Shown in pieces: positions 56,824 to 64,000 of a DNA stretch of 64,000 nucleotides. The position numbers and the translations under genes are program-made. The stretch is taken from NCBI GenBank assembly GCA_964016885.1, contig OZ024742.1, forward strand, positions 328,166,001 through 328,230,000, in the 5' to 3' direction. The notes under the pieces were generated by a model. It saw only the letters and a program-made list of their open reading frames with translations, was not told the DNA's origin and did not search any database. The DNA is from Eledone cirrhosa. Its lineage: Eukaryota. Position 1 is the stretch's first letter; each line of letters starts with the position of its first letter.

Positions 56824-56939
56824 AAGAATGAGAAATAAAATATATTGAGGAGACGGGCGGGATGGAATTTGAAAAAATGTCTTTAGATAAAAAAAAGAGG
56901 TCCATTCATGTTGACATCTCTTGCAAAACTGTTGGTATG

Positions 56940-57017
<78 letters not shown>

Positions 57018-57559
57018 TACACATTCAGTTTAATGTGTGTGAGTGTGTGAAAATTATATTTAAAGAATCTTAATAAATCTATCTCCTGAATACCCAGTTA
57101 ATGTTCCTCTGGAATGTTATTTTTTATAGAAAGCTAGAAAAGAAACGCTAATTGTTTTGGTCATTTAAAAGAATATAAAGGTTAGTGCAGACAACACCGG
57201 CGCCTCGGTATTTACCTCCCCAGGCTAACTTTACAATATGCGCACTTTTTTTTCCGAATTAAATAATTTCAATTTAGGATTTGGTAAACTGACGGACCTA
57301 GCTGTTGACAGTTCTTATACAGACTACCTTAAGAAAATCACCATGTCTACATTTTCTACTACAGAGTTTACACTCACACACACCACATCATGTTACAGGC
57401 CATAACGCCATATGAACTTTCCACATTCTCACCACTCAAGATATTTCCATAACGACGCTGAGCGTGTATGTTGTTTACTGATTAATTTATCGATCGCAGA
57501 AAATTATATTTTTAATTTAATTATACAAATCGTATTGACTTGGGATCCTTTAAGATTTA

Positions 57560-57665
57560 ATAATTGTTTCTACTTTAGGCACAAGGCCAGCAATTACCCA
57601 GTGCATTACTGGTACTTTATTTTATCGACCCCGTAAGGATGAAAGGCAAAGTTAACTTCGGCGGG
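57560..57665 (-). mobile_element. SINE core/3' fragment
   Basis: Reverse complement of 37319-37418. Confidence 0.75.
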
Positions 57666-58040
57666 ATAATAATGTGCCTCTTAGAGATCTACACAATAGT
57701 CGGGTGCCTAGTAGACCATAATTGTAGCGACGGATCTGGACCTAGATAATTATATCAACTATATCACTTTTTTGTTGATGTACATTTAAATTACAGATTA
57801 AAACTGTGATTTCTAGGATCTAATTTATTTGATATAACAGACCAATTACTGTCAAGTTAGTTGTCAGAACTACATTTACTGGTAAATCACGTCATATGTA
57901 GGAGAGCTCAATGTTAAACGTGAGTAGGTGTAAGTGCATGGGCGTGGTAGTGAATGTGTGGGTGTAAAAGAGCGGATATATTTGTATGTATGTGTTTGTG
58001 TGTATGCCAGAGAGAGAGAGAGAGCGAGAGCGAGAGAGAT

Positions 58041-58083
<43 letters not shown>

Positions 58084-59109
58084 ATCAGTGAGTGATCATC
58101 ACTCAACTGTTGTTTAAACTGTATCATATGACTCAGATTTCAGAGTTGAAATTGTTCAAAGAAAATCTGTAAATTGATTTTAAATGTATTTAAAAAAATT
58201 AATTAAAATAAGTCGAACATGGAGCAGAAAGAAATGTAGAAATACACCAAATGGAAATTCTGCTTAAAGGCGGGTTCTAAGAATCAATGAACCTTGATGA
58301 GCTAAAAGTTAAAATGAATCAGAAATGGCCGCTGGAATGAATGAGACGTATATTAAAAATAAAAAATACCTAATTAAAAAAAATGTACAAATAGAGTAAT
58401 ACAGGTTTAGATTTAAAATGCAGATTTGTGGAGATAAAATCCATAGGTACGAGGGATGAAATAAATTGAAGCTCCCCCACATGATTTCATATCTAATAGC
58501 CATTGGCTTAATGGATGCATCAATGGATGTCAGTTGTCTTTGAAGATGAAGTATTAATTGGCTTACATTGGTTATGACCTTGTAAATGATTATGATAACG
58601 AAAGACAGAGCAGAGGTTTCCAAGATAAATGTGCTTCCGTTTAAATTGTACAAAAAACAAATCCAGCTTTGAGTTCAAATATCGATGATGTTCACTTCGT
58701 CATTGATTTGCAATCTTTTTTTTTCTTTTTGTTTAGAACTAACACAACGTAATTAAGCAGACCAATTATCAGAGACGTTCTAACCTTAACGAACCTGCCG
58801 TTTTGTATATTTAAGACTACATTGCTCTGTGTATGGTTCCTTTATTTTTAACCCTTTCACGATCATATTTGTAATGAAATACACACTATTAATTAAAGAA
58901 CGAAGGACCTTGGGGGATTTACAACATTTATTAATAATTTCATTGCTAAGAAAGTACTTTAACATATGGTTCTTGAATCAATTTATGGTGGAAGAGTTTA
59001 ATTTAATTTTTTGTTCTCACGAACTACAGCCAATTTGTTTTCTCACGATCTACAGTTAATATTGAAAGAGATTTATTCATAGAGTTTATCATGCTTTTTC
59101 TCACGAATG

Positions 59110-61790
59110 GAGAAGTGACTGCTTAAAAGCAAAATATCAAGTATAGCAACGTTGCCAGAAAGCTTCAAAATGAGAGTAATATAGATGATCAAAGTAGTCT
59201 ATCTTGGACCAACAACTGTTATATTGCCTCTTACTTTGAAGGATACACTTTTGCAATCAATACAAAATAGCTGACTCACGAAAGCGATAGGGATGCAGGC
59301 AAAACACGTAGTTATGACAACAAATGCAGACCCTGCAAAATTAATAGAACCACAAAGAACACGACTAGTTAGAAAATTACAAGTACAGTCCATTAAAGGA
59401 ACAGTAAGAATATCTAAAACATTCCAAAAATTCTGCATGTAATAACTGCATGTACACATGTACAGATACAAAACATATGCACATGCACACATATAACTAA
59501 AAACATATACATACTATAACATCCATACCTGCATATATATATACACACACATGCAGACATATCTACCTAGTTGATGTTGTTTAAATATCAATGAATGATA
59601 CTTCTATCTCTGTTAGAAACCGACTTTCTCTGTCTTGATAAATATTTATAAAATCCTAAGATCAGAAGAAGATACATTCATACATACAAAAGAGATAGGG
59701 ATGCAGGCAAAACACTTAGATGTGACAACAAATGCCAACTCAGCGGAAATAACATCGAAAATGTCATGAGCAGCTGCCAAGATGTCATCACGGTACAATT
59801 TACCTATGAGGCATGCTGTAATGGCCAAAACACTATACAATCCGTGGAAAAGATAGCCCGCCAACAAATATATTAAACGTTACAGCAATGTGGAAGATAT
59901 ATACATACTATGAAAGTGTTCTGGTGGAATGTTACAGTAAAAACCCCAATAAAATGCAAGCATTACAGTCCAGATATAATGACATGGGACAGGGAAAAAG
60001 AAGGAATGCACAGTAGTAGATGTTAACTGCCCAGCAGATGCCAATATAATATTAAACATTAGTCAAAATGTCAATATCTATGCAGAACTAATGAGAAATC
60101 TGAAGATACTCCTTTCTGTCTATACCTTCAGATTTATACCTGTGATTATTGGGGCTCTGTTAGTACAAATCTTGAGAAGCTGGGCTTCACAGAAAGAACA
60201 TGATTGGTTAAGAAATTACAAGTAAAATCCATTAATGGAACATACAAATTTGTAAAAAAAACTCCAAAGATTCTGCATGCAATAACACCATGTACAAAGC
60301 ATAAACACACGTACACATACAACTGAAAATACACATCGCCACGTTCAATAACGTCCATACCTGCACACACGCATGCATGAGCTCATACATACATATCTAC
60401 CTAGTTGATGTCGTCTGATTACCAAAGAAAGTCTTATGTCTATCTTAGAAACCGACTCTCTCTCTCCCCATTGGTAAAAATTTACAAAATTATAAAACCA
60501 GAAACTCGTATTTGCATGCCTATATTCATACATACATACATACATACATACATACATACATACGAACATGCATACATAATTCATACATACATATATGCAT
60601 ACATACATACATACATAAATATATACATACATAGATGTAGATATATACCACATACATATACATGCATGTATACTTACATGCATAAATACATAGATAAATA
60701 TATACATACATATACATGCATGCATGTATATATACAATCATACATAAATATCTACATACATACATAAATACATGCATACATACATATATATTTAATCCAT
60801 GAACGGAACAGTAAAAATATGTAAAACATTCCAAAAATTCTGCATCTAATAACTGCATATACATTGCACAGATACAACTCAAAACATACACATGCTCACA
60901 TACAATAACATCCATACCTGCTCACGCATGCACGCATGCAGACATGCATACATATCTACCTTGTTAATGTTGTGCAAATTCCAATGAGAGTCTTGTAACT
61001 ATGTTAGAAACCGGCTCCTCATCTATTGGCAAACATTTGGGAAATTGTGAAACCAGAACACACATACATACATACATATGATGTAGTGGCCAAAACACTG
61101 TACAATGCAATCCGTAGAAAAGATAGCCCAGATAATAAATACATTAAAAGCTACACCAATGTGGAAGACATATACATAACATGAAAGAGTACTGGTGGAA
61201 TGTTCCAGTAAAAACTCCAATAAAATGCAGGCATAACAGACAAGGTATTATGATATGGGACAAGGAAAAGAAGGCATGCACGGTAGCGGAAGGTAGCTTC
61301 CCAGCAGATGCCAATATAATATCAAAGATTAGCGAAAACTGATGCGAAATCTGCAGATACTCCACCCTGATTATACCTTCATATTTATGCCTGTGATTAT
61401 TGGGGCACTGGGATATGTTAGTAACTGCCTCAATACAAATCTTGAGAAGCTGGGCTTCATAGGAGCAGAAAGAACACAACTAGTTAGGAAATTACAAGTA
61501 CAATCCATTAATGGAACAGTAAAAATATGTAAAACATTCCAAAAATTTTGCATCGCATAACTGCATATACACATGTACAGATACTAATGATATACACATG
61601 CACACATACAACTCAAAACATCCACATCCACATATACAATAACATCCATATCTACACATACATGCATGCAGACATGCAGACATATCTACCTAGTTGATGT
61701 TGTGTAAATTCCAATGAGAGAGTCTTGTCTCTATGTTAGAAACCGACTCTCTCTATTGGCAACAATTTTTGAAATTATAAAACCAGAAGA
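59110..61790 (+). mobile_element. Four head-to-tail truncated 3' ends of an R4/Dong-like (restriction-like endonuclease) non-LTR retrotransposon
   Basis: Copies at ~59110-59672, 59689-60505, 60794-61060 and 61078-61790. Peptides include SYFEGYTFAI, DRDAGKT..DNKCR (zinc-knuckle region), LPMRH/DVVAKTLYN, EYWWNVPVKTPIKCRHNR..IMIWDKEKK and MPVIIGALGYV...GTVKICKTFQKF. The copies share a 3' UTR, each followed by (ACAT)n. Confidence 0.82.
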
Positions 61791-62947
61791 ACATACAAAC
61801 ATACATACATACATAGATACATACATACATACATACATACATACATACATACATACATACATACATACATACATTCTTACATACACACATACATATTGTT
61901 TGCAATTGTCTTTATGTATATAAGTCCAAACTGATGGAAATATGTATATTTAAGCTGATACTTGCAATAAATATACATATGTACATATCTATTTGAAAGG
62001 CATAAATGAATGTATATGGAAATACGTGAATAATGATGTGTGTCTCTATACGATAATGTAAATTGCCTACTTTAATTTCATTAAGAAGCTGTCATATTTT
62101 ATTATTTACAATTCTGTAATATTACTCGCCCAATATCTCAGCATTCCTTGCGGACCCATTAATTAGCATACAGTTTATTTCTGGCTTTCTTTTCTCTTCA
62201 TATTATACCGACTCATCGTTAAAACTCTGTGAAGATGTTTCCTGGAATAGTCCACAGACAACCATAATTTGCATTTATCCGCATTTGTAATTGATATTTA
62301 GACGGTTTAGCATGAAATAATCAGATACGTTTTATCAGCAAAAGCCTCCTGTTGAGTTATGGTGAAATCGAAGCAAATCTCGGCGCCATATTATTATCTA
62401 GAAATCAAACCTAATGCGAACTCTATTTTAGATTTGATTGCTATCAAGACAGAAATTCTAATGACACAAATAAAAAAAATTTCAATTCATTTATCTAAAC
62501 TTTTTTAACGAATATTATACTATTATTCATAATTAAGAATTGATGGCGATAATCAGCGTGAGTCTGTTGTATGTGCAAGTTCATAATTATACTGATATTT
62601 ATCTTACATGGAAGTAACTTCATTAAATAGTTTCTGGCACGCGTGCTAGTAACATTATCTATACGGTATATAGTATTAGTATGAGATTGTAATGTGTATA
62701 ATTTTGTGTATATAAACTTCAAAAGACATTGTTCTATGATTATGTATAAACGGTTATTTTATTAAAAATCTTTTTGTTTTATTTGCAAGCTATTTATGCA
62801 TGACGATAAAATGTCTGGAATTTATCTCTATGAATTAATTTCAGATAATTTTGCATGCCACTCATTACGTAAATGTGATGTATAATGTTCTTGTAATCAT
62901 GAACATTTTTGCATTAAAGAGGTTTCATTGTGACTTTTGCCTGTTTT

Positions 62948-63364
62948 CTGGGCCGGCTCTACCATTAGGCCAACTAGGCAGCCGCTAGGGTGCATACATC
63001 AGGGAGCACATTACTAAACGTCAATGGATCACCTCTTATACATATTTGTATAATTAAATAAAATTTATAAAAAAAAAATATGTACTGTAATCAATAAATA
63101 AACCATATTTGGGAAATAGCAGTTTTGGAGAAATATTCAAAGCGGTGGAAATACTCGCATGATGTAATTATATGTAACATAATTTGGAAAGGGTGACTGT
63201 GGATTGTGTAGTAGAAAATGCAGGTTTAGTAATTTTCTGTGTCAAACACTAGGCTTGTCAGGAGTCAAACGGTAGGTTGTAATTGTTTTATTTTGGTGAA
63301 TGGGATAAATGAGCGCACATTGTAGGGCTAGCCCATGACGCTAAATATCCAGGTGTCGGCCCTG
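62948..63364. mobile_element. Possible hAT-type MITE
   Basis: Imperfect terminal inverted repeats CTGGGCCGGC / GTCGGCCCTG with GC-rich subterminal motifs and an AT-rich interior. No 8-bp TSD is recognisable. Confidence 0.4.
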
Positions 63365-63854
63365 GATTATCGTTTCTCACGACTCTGTAAATAGTTCCAA
63401 TTAACCTTGAGGGAACGAAAGGCCGAAAACCTCTTTCTAGATTAAGACCTGGATTTATTTAAATTATACTAGGATAGAAAGGTGAACGAAAATTTGGCGT
63501 AAGATGGGTGAGAGTGACATGAATAAATCACGTAAATGGGCCTATTCTTTACATATGCCGTTAAGCATGGCAAAGCCACTTGCCCTTGATAACCAGCGTA
63601 ACCCTTGACCTGTTTTATTTCTTGATTGGCTCCAGGCGGTTCTTACCATCTAAAATCGTCTCAATTCATAACTAATGTATTCGTTTCTCTTCTATATCTG
63701 TATTTGTAATAGATTCCGTGTAAAGCCTACGATGAATTACGTTTTATAAATCTTCGTTTTAATGACCCCTCATCCATCACTCTTAAGGCAAATAGAAATA
63801 ATCCTTATTTGGTTAGATTTGTATTAAAATACGTTGCATTATTTAGTTAAGGTT

Positions 63855-64000
63855 CTGAAGGTGGTAGATCGGTAGTATCGGTAGGGCATCGGACAAAATG
63901 CTTTGTGTTACGGCCCTTTACGTACTGAGTTCAAATGTCGGCGACATTAGCATTGGATTCGTTTTATTCGATTTTCGCCCTGTTGGCCTTGTGCCTAAAT
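63855..64000 (+). mobile_element. Degenerate SINE
   Basis: tRNA-like head, then TTTACGTACTGAGTTCAAATGTCGGCGA and a GGCCTTGTGCCTAAAT tail as at 30005-30025. Confidence 0.6.

Overview
Eukaryotic, gene-poor, repeat-dominated DNA. The SINE/LINE repertoire and the (TA)n/(CA)n load look like an octopod cephalopod (inference). Positions 1-~24760 are one G/T-rich minisatellite array: 38-bp unit with 35/41/44-bp variants and kb-scale higher-order repeats, whose long 'ORFs' are compositional artefacts. The remaining ~39 kb contains microsatellites, a 200-N gap, a 5'-truncated CR1/L2-group LINE, a decayed Tc1/mariner transposase, four stacked R4/Dong-like LINE ends separated by (ACAT)n, RTE-related repeats and many SINE fragments. 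I found no convincing host exon. The standout signal is a dense set of small non-coding elements, mostly embedded in (TA)n and often folded back into palindromes, carrying minimal type-I hammerhead ribozyme (HHR) motifs from about eight unrelated sequence families. In two of them the partial tandem duplication begins at or next to the predicted self-cleavage site, giving ~325-nt and ~537-nt monomers (retrozyme/Penelope-like). One family has a compensated U3-A8 catalytic core. All alignments and folds were done by eye, so boundaries are approximate.
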